From the NCBI GenBank assembly GCA_002633005.1, contig NMRA01000154.1, positions 623,250-687,249 of the forward strand: 64,000 nt of DNA. Direction: 5' to 3'. A model generated the notes under the pieces. It had not been told where the DNA came from and made no database searches. It saw only the letters and a program-made list of their open reading frames with translations. Numbering within the stretch: the first letter of the stretch is position 1; each line of letters opens with the position of its first letter. Positions 49,077 through 61,538 of this stretch are shown one piece after another. The translations under genes were made by a program, and so were the position numbers. Source of the DNA: Phoronis australis. Its lineage: Eukaryota; Animalia; Phoronida.

Positions 49077-52000
49077 CTGTAAAACACCGTCCTCATTAAA
49101 GTCTTGAGAATAATTCATTTAGAAAAGCGCAAAATGAGCGGAAATATGTTATTTTCGCCGCAGATCAAAAAAGCAGGCGTGCGTTCAGTAGACGCTAGGA
49201 CCTACGCTAGAACCTAGCTAAAAGCTAGTCAAAGTCACGTGCTCTCATTCAAAATGCACGGCAATATCTCACGTAATCTCGCGAAGTCTTGTCTTTTAGC
49301 GAGGTCCTAGCGTTACTGAACGGGAGGCAGGACACTGACGGTGTCGGGACGCGAGACAAAATTTAAAAAGCGGGACGATATCGCGCGCCAAAAGCAGGAC
49401 AGTTGGCAACAAGATAAAAATGTGCAGATTTAGGAGGCAGATTGTAACGCAAGTGGTCCAACTTTTCATCCGACTAAAATGAATATCGTCAGCGACTGAG
49501 ATACCCGTTGTTAAGTAGCAGTTGACTGTACACAGAGGATTGAACAGGGTGCGCTGAGTACGAATTTTCTTCGACTCCTTGATCTTTCGTGAGTATCGAT
49601 TAGACTCCTTGCTAATGATGTTGACGTTATCCATATAAACGAAATGCCTGCTCACGATCATTTGTTCACAAACAGCCGTACGTTTTTTTCAGTTTCTTGA
49701 GCTCTTTAGGTCTAGAATCCATTGTACGTTTGATTTTCTCCCATTTACGTGTGTGGGGGATTTGATCACACGAGATTTTTTAAATAACACTGGACTGCTT
49801 GCCCTGAGATATGGGCTTTAGGTCTGAACAACTGATTGCATAAAGTGTTTAGTTTTTATCAAATGATCTAACGCCGTTAGCAGTATGAGTTCGACGAAGC
49901 TAGCCTCCAACAGACCTTTTCTATGAGGCACGTATAACCAAAGTGGGCCCATCAGTGCGCTCATGTTGTCTCTGACGTGTTCTCAGATGGAACATCGATT
50001 CAGGGTTCCCATTCAGCTTATGACTTTGGTCGGTGTATTGGTCGGTGTGGGTAGGCTTATGGTAGATGGGGGTTTTTATACGACAGGTATTGTCTACGCA
50101 AACGCATAAGTCTAGAAATGGTAGCTTGCCTTCAGTTTTAGTTTCCATGGTGAACTGGATACATAGATCAGTGACGTTGGTAAAAGGTTTGTGGGAGAAG
50201 CTTCGTTGGACTTTTACTGCTCACTACATTAGCTCATTCATGAACACTGTGAACACTTAAGGCAATAAATAAAACTGACTTAGTTAAATTTGAGTCAATT
50301 TTGAGATAAAACTTAAATTTGTCTCAAGACCATTTCAAGAAAGAGATCCTAAATTTGACTTAAGTTTTTAACTGAAATATCATTTTAATTTTGACTATCT
50401 TAGCGGATGCTGAAGCCTCAAAGTTTGGAAGTTGAGGCAAGTGTTAGACTAAGTCAAGAATGAATGTAAATCAGAGTTTTTGGGCCCCAGACCTAAAGAC
50501 CCAACACATGTGGGCAAACAGACCTGGGTTGTTTGTAATATCTCGTCCAGTGTGATCCTGACCCGTCGCACTGATACACAGGATGGACCATGAATTAACT
50601 ATATAGACTATGGACACTAGACATAAGAATCTTGACAAAATTTCAACTGTTGAACACATGATGGTGAGCGGCCATTTCGTCTCCATGGAGAACGTCAAAA
50701 TTATTAGGAATCAGCCTAATTGGAAATTACGGAATATCAAAGAGTCGATCAACATTCGTATTCAGCCCCCCCTCCCGTAACCGTGACCTAGGTGTCAACT
50801 TACCCCCCGTGCAAATCCAACTGCTGCTTAACAAAAGCGCAGCGGGTATCTCAGTCGCCGACGAAAGCCGATTATTCGATCATGTGCGTTTCACCATTTG
50901 TCCTGGGTGGAGTTCAGTAGTTTTTGTCTCGCGTCCAGAAAATTCTAGCAAAGTTCACGCGTTCTCATTTAAAATACACGGTAATATCTCGCGTCATCTC
51001 ACGAAGTCCTGTTTTGGTTTCCAGTGCCCGGTTGCATGAAACAGTCCCAAATAGGGACTCAACTAAGTTTCCTAAATCTGCTGCGTATTTTTGGACTTGT
51101 GGAAACATCAACTGCCCTTTCTTGTATTGTTTTAATTTCATTTCCAAGTCAACTTTTGACTTTGATGCAAATCGAGAGGGAACTGTACGTTGAATGGTCA
51201 ATATTGTCGAAAATAGTTAGGAATCTTTTCATGCAACACCCCCAATTTAAGGACTGAGTCCCTATTTATTTTCAATGAACTCTGGGCTCAGTGTTTAGTT
51301 ATATTGTTAGGAAGTGTCATTAATCAAAGAGAAGCCCATAATAAAGATGAAATGATAGAAAAACATTCCGTGAGTCCATAAAGACATAAATACGCAAAAA
51401 GATTTAGGGACCTTAGTTGAGTCCCTATTTGGGACTGTTTCATGCAACCGGCCACTGGCGCATATTACTGAACTCTACCCTGCAGTAAGAGAGTATGTAT
51501 ATTCTTAAAATGTCATCGGAAGACAATGATAAATGTAGTTTATCATAGTTGACAACATTATAGTAATGGTGGGGGACATTCTTCCTTCTAGTCACCTAGA
51601 GTGACTAACTCGGAGCCACCTAATGTTAATGTCGCCTTAATGTCCTTACCCTAATGGGTTAATCTAGTTCAAAAACTTGAAATATGTACCAAAATTAAGC
51701 ACTGTGTGACATGGTATAATGTTTTCATCTTTTCTGTTATCAAATTAAATGCCTTTTTGAGAATAATTGCGTGCTTCCCCCGAAATCAGAAAATCGTCGA
51801 CTATTACTGTGACTTGAATTCCTAGTGCATCAGTTGATGAACGAGTCCTGAATAACAGCCATGTTGTCCTTGAAAAGGTATTAATATCACCGTGAGCGTA
51901 AAAGTGTTATTATTTTGTTTAGGTGTTTTGGATTTTTATTTTGGTTCTTTTTATACAAATTTGATTATCTGTTTTCCAAGCATATGACGCGTACTAACAT

Positions 52001-55000
52001 AAATTTAAATTGTGAACATGACTCATCGCGAAGGTACGTCAGGCTTCAGCTACATAATCTGTTCCGTAAATTTGAGGAAAACTCTTTCTTCACCGGCAAA
52101 TGCCTTTCCTCTATCGCCATATCCTGATGTTCCAACAAATGAAAAAATTTTATCCCTTCAGCTGAACTTCAAGAACATGCATCTATGCTTGATTTTCGCT
52201 GCCCATACACGACAACGACCATCTCCGTTGCCTAAAATTATAGCGTCCGCGATTGAAAGCAAACGGGGGGGGGTAGTGAACAGTACTTTCTGAACTGAAT
52301 GTGGGCGACGGGAAATTATTGCAGTGACAGGGGTACGGGCACGACGTAGCTATTGATATAAGTTTAGCAAAACAATGTTTACACGACAGAGGACGTAATG
52401 AATAGCAAAGTCAATGGCTTCACAAGCCAAAACTAACAACGTAATTATATACTTTTCAAAAATAGTTATCAAACAGAAGCTTATGTTCTTCGGAATATTT
52501 CACGATACAAACCATTCGTTTTTGCTCATTTACGTTCGGATATACTAGCACTAATGATAGAAGTTTCGGAGGTTCAGCTGAAAATTAAAGAACTTGTCCT
52601 TTGTTTGAGACGGAACCACAGACTGATTTGCATTTCCTTTTGTCGTGTCCATAATTTAATAGCGAAAGAGCAGATTTTATAGCTAAAACCAATGTAGAAT
52701 TTTATTGGGAAAACTGATTACCAAAAATTGACTCTCATCATGAGCAATAAACTCTCGTTGAAATAAGTCATGGATTTCTCTTCAGCAACAGTTCACCATT
52801 GTTGGTAGTCGGCCGCCTAAAAAAAATACTGGAGACCACGGTATCTTAAAATGTTTCCAAACCCGGTTTTGTCTAATTAAAATATACTAAAAGCAACTTT
52901 CCCATCCAGTTATATGAAACAAAATAGTGCTCTGTAATCCTCGACAACCATCAAAAGTTTGGAGGAAAACTTGAAAACTCCTTTCAAAGTCTGCCAAATG
53001 AGCAAGCGTGACTTGCGCTTTTAGCGAATTACACGGCGGCAACTGTGGGAAAAGACCACCCAATAAGGACCCTAATGTCCAACCTGTGACATAGGGTGTG
53101 TGAGTTTTTAATTCATTCCTGCGTTTAACTTTCAGGTTTGACGCCAATGATGTATTAACAGGTGACAAAACGAGGATCAGTGGAAAGCATTGAAATTTTC
53201 CCTGCCTAAATTTATATTCGAAATATTGGTAAGTTGTCAGAATAGTCTTCATGAATAGCAACTTTACTTATTATTTTTTTGATACTGCATGTTCGTTGTA
53301 TGCTAAATACGGTTTATCTCTGTAAAACAAACGCAGTACAGTCAAATAGATGGTCTTGTTATTTAATCGCACCCAATGAACTTCACTTCCGACTTTGTGG
53401 CAAATTTAAAATGGCGGAGTATACTCGGCTCAATTTCGTGACAAGTTTGGATTTTTATAAGCTTTTCACCAGCGGATTTTCAAGTTGCATTCACTGCCGG
53501 ATTTAAGGGGAGGCAAAGGAGACACTGATTTCCAAAGAGCTTCACCATGACGAAAGGGCCTCCTACGTTAGGGTACTCCTGGTTCCAGGAGGTCCTCTTT
53601 TCCAGGAGTGAACTTGCGGCTCATTGCCTAAAAGAGTTCACATTTACGGTGCGATCTGGAGTAGCAGCAACCGCCAGCCCTCTCCCAAACCAGCACCACT
53701 GTGCCATTTTTGCCTAACTGTGTCGAAGCGTGAAGCCAAAAGGTCCGTTTGGGTCTTTGATTTCTGGGGCAATGTGGTTTATGGGTGGCCTTGCCCGCGC
53801 AAATATTAAAATTCCAGACTTAGCAGCAGTATACATTCTCGTTTACGATTCTGCCGAAGGAACGCACGTTGTCCGGACAGCTACACTGTCCAGTTCTCAG
53901 AAGGGAACACTTTCAAAAAAGGCGTGAAAAAACGCAACTGTTGGCCTACGGTGTAAACTACTACTACTCACAGCGATGCAAGATACTAAATCTAGTGAAT
54001 ACGCCAATGAAGACACAAAAGAAAGATGTGACTGCAAGTGCACAGAAATCAAGTGGGTGTTGTTTTGCGAATGCTACAAGTTAGTCAGAGATGACAGTTG
54101 ATTACGATCCTACCTGGTGGTTGCCTGTCACATAAAAACTTATTTGTTTTTAGTCAAAAGCAGTCACAAAAACAAATCTTACTCGTATCCAGATCACCGA
54201 CTCTATTATCAGACAAATGAAGACACGTGAAAGGTGGACGGACACAGCCAGTATTTTAAGAAATCAACGTTTTATACCATTGATCGTACAGAATATCTGT
54301 GATTTTATGCATATCGTGACAATGGTGAGCAACCTTTGCGAAAATGTCTTCTTTTCAGTCGGTCCAAAGGTACAGTATATTGTTACTTATTGTACTTTCG
54401 TAGTCAGTCAGCGTAACAGAGTTTTCAGTGAAAGTAGCTTTAATAACCGGAAAAAGACTGAAATAAATAAGAAAATTTTGAGTGCAGCTAAGTCCACAGA
54501 GACTGTGTGGTAAACTGTAACATTCGTTCTAAGGAATCCACTCGCGTTGACGGGGGTTTCTAATATAATAACATAAGAACCAGAAATGTCAGACCAAGGT
54601 TCTTCGACGTGTCTTCGAGGTGATAATGTTCTTTGGGGAGAGGGCAATATATTTTTGGAAAATGTTGGCCAGCTGTTCAGAGTAGCAATCATTCAGAAAA
54701 TTAAATTGTCTCAAAAACACCAGGACGTATGACACACTGAGAGCGCGTTGTCTCGTAGATGTTGAGAGCAGTGTCTTAACAAACACCAACAGTGACGATA
54801 TCAGCAAACAATTTGCCGACGAGAAGTGCAAATAAGATTTTTTTGTTATAAGCTGTTTGAAAACATTAATTAACTAACCGGCCCTTGAATGAGTGAAATT
54901 CCTGTGACAAAGAGATTAAAAAATACTGCGTCATGCTCCTAACACTGCAATATATTCCCATCGCCGACATTCAAGTACTGACAAAAATTCACTACAGACA

Positions 55001-58000
55001 ACAGAGGTATATATTGTAAGTTTGTTTTTGTGAGGTTTGAAAATGTATTTTAACTGATAATTGAAAATCAAAGCCAATATAGCAAGTGATTATCAGTTCC
55101 CGGCGAAGATCGAGTCACGGCGACTGCACTGATCCCGAGGTACTTCGCCGGTTACTGTGTCCTGGCAGCAAAATCCAGCACAGATGCGGAGCTCACTATT
55201 TTTATATAAAAGTTGTTTTTGTTTTGTCGAAACATCGCCGTTTGTGGATGTTTTTTTCTATTTTACATTTTTAACGGCCAGTACAGCCTGGTGAAGATTT
55301 GCTGCCAATTACGCACTGCACTTACACGTCCGGGTAGTCACCGTGACATGGCAATTGCTCACTTCAGGCTCGTACTTTGCATCAATTTCACGATATGGCG
55401 ATAAAGATAAGGCATTTGTTGATCGAGAAACTTTTTTCCTCTAATTTATTACCTAAACGGTTACTGTTGCTAATTTGACATACCCTCGCGATGAGTCAGG
55501 GCTGACCTCAGTATCTGAGCGTTGGCTACGCCGGAGACTTTGCGACGGTAATTCAAACTTATGATTATGCATTTAATACCATTCGTCATATGCAAAAAAC
55601 AGGTAAAATGTTTTGAGATGAAACTTGTTTTTGTTTGTCGAAAGATCGCCGTGAGTGGCTGTTTCTTTTCTATTTCACATTTTTAAAGGCCAGTGAAGCC
55701 GGTGTCGATTTGCTGCCAATTACGCACTGCGCTTACACGTCCGGGTAGTCACCGTGACATGGCAATTGTTCACTTTAGGCTGGTACTGTGCATCAATTTC
55801 ACGATATGGCGATAAAGATAAGGCATTTGTTGATCAAGAAACTTCTTTCCTCTAATTTATTACCTACTCCCAAGACGGGTACTGTTGCTGAAAGTTGACG
55901 TGCCCTCACGATGAGTCAGAGCTGACCTTAGTAGACGGGCGTTGGCTACGGGAGACAAACTTATGATTATGCATTAAATACCATTCATCTTATGCAAAGA
56001 ACAGGTAAAATTTGGACAACAAATAATCAAGTTTGTATAAAAAGAACCAAAATGGGAATCAAAACCAACCAAAGTAACAACGCAGTTACGCTCACGGTGA
56101 TGCCACTACGTTTTCAAGAACAACATGAACGGCATTACACAGAAACTCAGGTCACGGAAATAGACGGGAATAGTCGATGATTTTCCGCTCTCGGACGTGA
56201 TTTTCTGATCTCAGCCCAGGTACAAAATTGTGCTCAAAAAGGCTTTTAGTTTGATAACAGAAAGGATGTGAACATTATGCCATGTTACATATTACTTAAT
56301 TTGGTATGTATTTTTGAGTTTTTGAACTAGAATGCCCTTTGAGATAAAAATGGAGCTCTGCTTCCGGTAGGGGAAAATCGTCTAATCTGTCTGTCACTGC
56401 ATTTACAGGTCCCTACAATGTACTTTTCGATGTTTTAAACCATGTATAACAATTTTATGACAGATTCAATTTAATTAAAAACACTTATTTTGGAAGTAAT
56501 TGATGAATTTTTAAATTAAGTTAAAAATTTTTGGTTTTCCGCCTCGCCCGGTGATGCCGTCAGTGGAAGACGTTGATCAGTGGACAGCATAATATGCAAT
56601 GTCGGATAGTAGTAATTTTGTAAGTTACGAAGACTTAGAGAGCGAGCTTGACGAGTATTAAAAAGACACGCATAGAGATGGAGGTGAAGACGATGCCATC
56701 AGGTCACCGGATAATGAATTAGACCTCGCCATTCCAGCAGCCTTTGCGTGGTTGTGGCCGCACGAATCGACCCTCTAACACCTGAGTGAAGCCTAGTCTC
56801 AGTCTTGACTTAGAGTTGTCATTTCTGAGTGGTAATTTGAGCCTTTTATTGAGTCTCGGTTTCATTTTCTAACAACATTTGTGGCGCCGTGTAATGAGGT
56901 ATATGTCTTAAACAGTAAATCCGAAGTTTTATTGCGACTGTCAAAGCACTCACAATTAACGACCATATTGGTTTCATTACTTCGATTACACAGTGCATTT
57001 GTCAAGAATAATGATTGTGATGATAACTGGATTTTATTTCTGGTAAATTACACTCGTTTCTGTCTAGTCTATGCCAAGATTTCTGCACTGTGCTGACGGC
57101 CGGACTAAAACTAAGTCACTAAGTATTTGCCTGTTCCCATCAACACAATGCAATCCTTTAATCAAATGCACTTGTAAGATGGAGAGGCATTCATCAAATC
57201 GTCATTTCTGTCACGGAACGAAGCACGATTCTTTCAAATGGGCTGAGCACAGCGTGTCCCCTGCATGAACTGATCGCCTACTCCATCGTGTACTGATCGA
57301 CAACCGGACGTGTCCGTCCTGTGCCATTTCTGAGTAATCTTAGGGCCTCTTGGAAACCCAAAAACTGAAATATTGTCTGACTGATTGCTATGATTGCATC
57401 CTCCGCATACACACCCTTTCGTAAGGCTCTTTTCAGGCAATATTTAACTCCTATCGAGACCATTCTGGTTTAAGGCTGGTGTAAAACAATGACAATGGCG
57501 GAGACAACAACTTCCACTGATGGCGTCACCCATTTTTTATTATTATCTTTTTTATTTTTGAGTTATTTTTTATCAAAAGTACATAAACTGAAGGAAAGAT
57601 AATAGTTGCCAAATTCAAGGACTTGTGACCATGGTCTGAAGAGTTTAAACCTTTTTCAACAAAAAAAATCACGAGTTTTACTTTACTTACTTGAAATGGT
57701 CTAATCCACCAAAGCAATTGAATTCGTCTTCACCATTACGACAATCCATCACTCCATCACAACGATTGCTTATGGAATAACACGACCCGTCGTTGCACCG
57801 TCCCTGAGTTGAACTACAAGAGTCAAAACGTTCCACAACTGGATGTTCGCATAATGCATTCAGGGGCTTCACGTTGACACCAGCAGCTGTGGTAACATTG
57901 CATTCAGTCTTCGACACTTCCCAGTTTGTGACGTCATCCGTTATAACATCCCACGGGCGATCCATCGGTTTTAATAACTGGCAGTCTCCGAACACAGTTT

Positions 58001-61000
58001 TTTCTAGCCATATTGAGCCAAATTCAGCATGATGATTCCAGAGATGTAAAACAGTGTTCAACGTTTCCATGTCAGAGATACCTGTCAGAAACCCATAGTT
58101 CTCGTGACACATGAGCAAGGCGTCTTCATATGATAAAGCGATGTCAATGTAATTCGTACTTGTTTTCATTTGAATGCATCTCGACGCGACATAATTCCAG
58201 CCTTCTGGACATCTTGAGGGTGTTGCAAATCCATGCTGTTGCTCTGTCAAGTCTCTTCTTTTGCTGACAGAGTCTATCTTGCAGATAGCGGAGCCATACG
58301 AGAGGGGAAAGTTACACGGCACCATGAACCATCTCTGTCCATAGTAAGGGTTGCGAATGAACATAAGTCCACATCTGTTCCCAGGGCTCAGGTCTGGTTG
58401 TCGCATCGAGGTAGCCATAATGGATTTCATGTTGTTATGGAAAAAATTTATTGATGCATCTGCGAATGGTGACGTAATGTCACCGGGCGAATACCAGCTG
58501 GAAAACGTCAATGGCTTACCGTTTGACCATCCAATGTTTCCACCGTCAGCCACAAGACCAATAAAAATCGCAATGTACGGAGCTTCAGAATAAACATAAC
58601 GCTTCCAGTCACCTTTTAATAATTCCATCACTTGCTGCATTTCTTCTTCGCTTTCAATGTTTAACAAATCACCGCCATCTTTAAGACATTTCTGTCTGGC
58701 AGAAAACCCTGATGCGACATCTAGATATATTTTGTAGCAGCTTCCCTGGGTGAAAGTGTAGTCTCTTCTCCCACAATAAATGGTGTTGTTAACTCGTTCA
58801 GGTATCTCCGCAGGGCGAAAAAGGTACTCCATGGTAAAGATGTCGTCCCCGGGTGTAGGCTTAAGGGTAATTAACACGTAATCGGCTGATACTGTGCGTA
58901 CCCGTAGAAGCTTCGGTCCTCGTGTGGAACAAAGATGTTCGTAAACGTAGGTTGAAGAATGAACCGGGTAGCCAGTGTCAGTACGGGTACTGAGTGTAAC
59001 CTTGTCAGTAATAGCTACATCTTGGCAAGAGTGTGAATCGAATATTAATTCAAAGGAAGACGGGAAAAATCTTTCTTTCGAAACGTTGTAAAACCTTCTT
59101 TGTTCAAACGGATAACCGGCGTTGAGCGTTGTGATCGTCCAAAAAATTTGACTCTGCTGATTGGCAGCTTGGAGAAATCCGCAGGCTTCGTACAACATAG
59201 CCGTGCCGCGCAAGGTCCTGCTTGGCGGATAAAGCGAACACATCGTGTTCCATGGCAAACTGGGAAATGTGAAGTTAAATCGCACGGCTAACGTGGGATC
59301 CCAGATGCCGAAAGTTGACATGAAAGTAAGTGGCCGGTGAACTAAGACCCCGAATACAAAGTTGTTTTGCGGAGATTGCTTACATTTAGGAATTTGGCCG
59401 GCAATTCTAAAGAATGACGTATCAGAATTACAGTCTATACCGTCAGTGAATAGAGTGTCTGATGTGTAAGTGTAGAACAAAATCTCGAGACTTTTTGCAA
59501 ATTCTATGTATTGGTATTGCTTACTTTGCTGTGAAGGGATTCGCTGAATGACGATGCAACTAGCAACCGGTGGGACGTAGTAATTATTTGTACCAATTAA
59601 AGATAAACCCTTGCAATCAAATTGTTCTATCGTAGCTTGAGCAATAAAGACATCTTCGTGCTGCAATGTCGTGCCTCGTACGGCGTAATACGTCAATGTA
59701 AGATAACGTGACGAGGTCACGAAGTGCTTGATGACGCGTCCGCTGCTGGGTTCGTTTTCAGAGGTTGACAACCTTCCACAATATGGACCGAACGACTGTG
59801 ACGTTTCCACGTCCTTGCCATCGAAAAGAACAAGTCCTTCGTAGGAACAGTCGTCCACAGGGTTCATAGTTAATTTGGAAAATACAATGCGAAGATAACT
59901 TGTAGCACGTGCTGCCATAAACTTCCAAACACATTGGCCTTGAAAGTCTGCAATGTCGTTTATAAAGAACCTAGATGGAAGACTACCCGACACTATTTCG
60001 TGTATGTCTCCAGAGTAAACTCGACGACACACCGTTGCTAATGTCGTGACATCCCCAAGATCGACACTCAATTTAACATAGTCAAGTTTGGATGCTTCTG
60101 GCAGTACAATCATGACCATGTTATGAATTTGGTTTGACAGCACCCTGTGCTTGGTGACGACATCTTTTAGCTGGGTGCTAAACAAAGACGTGTTTTTAAA
60201 CGGTTGAGAACCACTAAAAACATCTAAAGTACCGTTCACTTGTTGATTCGCTACTTCAATTGAAATGTCACTTGACCTAGCATTGGGTGAAATGATGTGC
60301 CATAGGTAAGTAAAACGCGTTGTACCTTCGAAACTTTGAATGAATGAAGGCTTTTTTCTCTCAGTAAAGAGTACTGTCGTCGATGAATTCAACGCCAACA
60401 CGTATGGTCCGACCTCAGACACATTGGCATTTCTGGGAACTTCTTCATATTTTGCCTTAAACTTTTGGTTCGCAACAGTGAGAATAACCTCAATAAATAT
60501 CAATGAGCTTTCTAGAATGGTTGTGAAGGGATATTTAGGGGCGCAATATCGATTAAGGACTGGAGACTGGTTATTTGTCCCATTATAGATCACCATTGTC
60601 GCTCTGGCACAGCCACCAAGTGGTGCAAACCAGATGCCATCATCCACGGTTAACTTTATAGAACTTTCATTTTCAAACCTAATTTGGAAGCCGCATGCAG
60701 TTTCTTGGAGACTATCGACAAAGGAAGACTGAAGTATAACGCTGTAAATTCCTTTCGAAATTCCTGAAGATACGTTACATGAACTAAGCTTTCTCCTACT
60801 GTATTTCAAAAAAAACTTTACCGGTGATACGGCTTCGTTTCGATGAAAAGAAATGTTGAAATCACCTGTTACATCAATCGAAGCCATGGTGGCGCTTTCA
60901 GAGCACTGACGTGGTCTAAATACTTCATGAACATGGTAACCATCGATGAGAAGCGTTACAAGATGACACTCAGTAACATTTTCGATTTCAAATTCATAGA

Positions 61001-61160
61001 CCGTAAGACGAATCTTTTCATACACTTCAGAAGTTACTGTCCAACGTTCTTTCGGCAATGAAGAGGCGTAACCAGCAGAAACAACGACACCGGAATTCTC
61101 GAGAGCACGAACACGCACATTGTGCATAAGTAAAACTAAGACTGTCCAAAGAAAGCACAT
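46850..61160 (-). CDS. GRL101-like LGR (type C) G-protein-coupled receptor, ~1898 aa, two coding exons (61160-57691, 49076-46850)
   Basis: Donor AA|gtaagt at 57691 and acceptor ttttacag|A at 49076 (both phase 2) join ...GLDHFK to CADGQEIHMSHYCDFRRDCSDGSDE, completing an LDLa repeat. Signal peptide, CUB-like domains, two C-type-lectin-like domains, multiple LDLa, LRRNT, LRRs, hinge FCCL..C.P..DPFSSCSDLM, 7TM (ILNLAVSDFFMGVY, TIDRT, TDLCCWFP, LPINAGLNPYIYT). Confidence 0.85.
49990..50170 (-). mobile_element. Penelope-like retroelement RT C-terminal fragment
   Basis: QFTMETKTEGKLPFLDLCV...IKTPIYHKPTHTDQY matches the PLE motif FTME.E....LPFLD......T.VYRKPTHTD.Y. Confidence 0.7.
50643..50800 (+). 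mobile_element. Penelope-like GIY-YIG endonuclease C-terminal fragment
   Basis: STVEHMMVSGHFVSMENVKIIRNQPNWKLRNIKESINIR..P..NRDLG matches the PLE motif S...EH....GH....NVKI......R.IKE.I.I....LNRD.G. Confidence 0.65.
51021..51458. mobile_element. Young MITE with perfect 40-bp TIRs, nested in an older MITE
   Basis: CCGGTTGCATGAAACAGTCCCAAATAGGGACTCAACTAAG (51028-51067) and its exact reverse complement (51412-51451). Confidence 0.85.
55205..56010. repeat. Tandem duplication of ~400 bp in GPCR intron
   Basis: ~55205-55610 and ~55620-56010 share long identical blocks such as CTTACACGTCCGGGTAGTCACCGTGACATGGCAATTG. Confidence 0.85.
57215..57440 (-). pseudogene. Frameshifted THAP zinc-finger remnant, probably from a DNA transposon
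   Basis: M...CVCGGCNHSN....SVFGFP......KW followed, after a frameshift, by TLCSAHLKESCF: the C2CH THAP signature. Confidence 0.6.
57691..61160 (-). CDS. GPCR exon 1: signal peptide, CUB-like domains, two C-type-lectin-like domains, first LDLa
   Basis: 1157-aa ORF; hydrophobic N-terminus MCFLWTVLVLLMHNVRVRA; CUB motifs (C.W.F....LRIVF..L......DCSYEGL.LFDG...GPYCG); CTL motifs (SCY..Y.....F.A..KC...GGDLL.I, IFIGL, WSNGKPL.FSSW; CPEGW..VASRC); LDLa CDGVMDCRNGEDE. Confidence 0.9.
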
Positions 61161-61538
61161 GGCGAGGACATTACCTGTTGTAGTTACCTATTTGCATCAA
61201 CCCAACTTAAACCATAGCACAATGTAAATGAAATATCCATCTGATTCGTTCAATATGTAGTTCCAACAAGCGTAGTTATGCCACGCCCACCACGGATACC
61301 GTCGTTAGTCCACGCCTACCATGCATACCGTAGCGAACCCGCACAGGCTCAAAAATATGACGTACTAAAACAACAGATTGTCTTCGGTGTGTTTGCGATG
61401 GTATTTCACTGAAGCTGATACAAAGGGCCCAGGCGGAAAAAATACCGTTACACACAGTGGTATTGACACGACTCCGAATGCTCCGGTTCATTCATCGATA
61501 AATAACTCATTCGCATCAAGTGATGTTCTTCATTCAGA

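Noticed and set aside
47220-49099. Several 64-146-aa ORFs overlapping the GPCR exon
   Set aside because: Antisense or out-of-frame shadows of the long coding exon.
57071-57268. Plus-strand ORF with Cys/His residues resembling a second THAP domain
   Set aside because: Spacing does not fit the C2CH pattern and it partly overlaps the minus-strand remnant.
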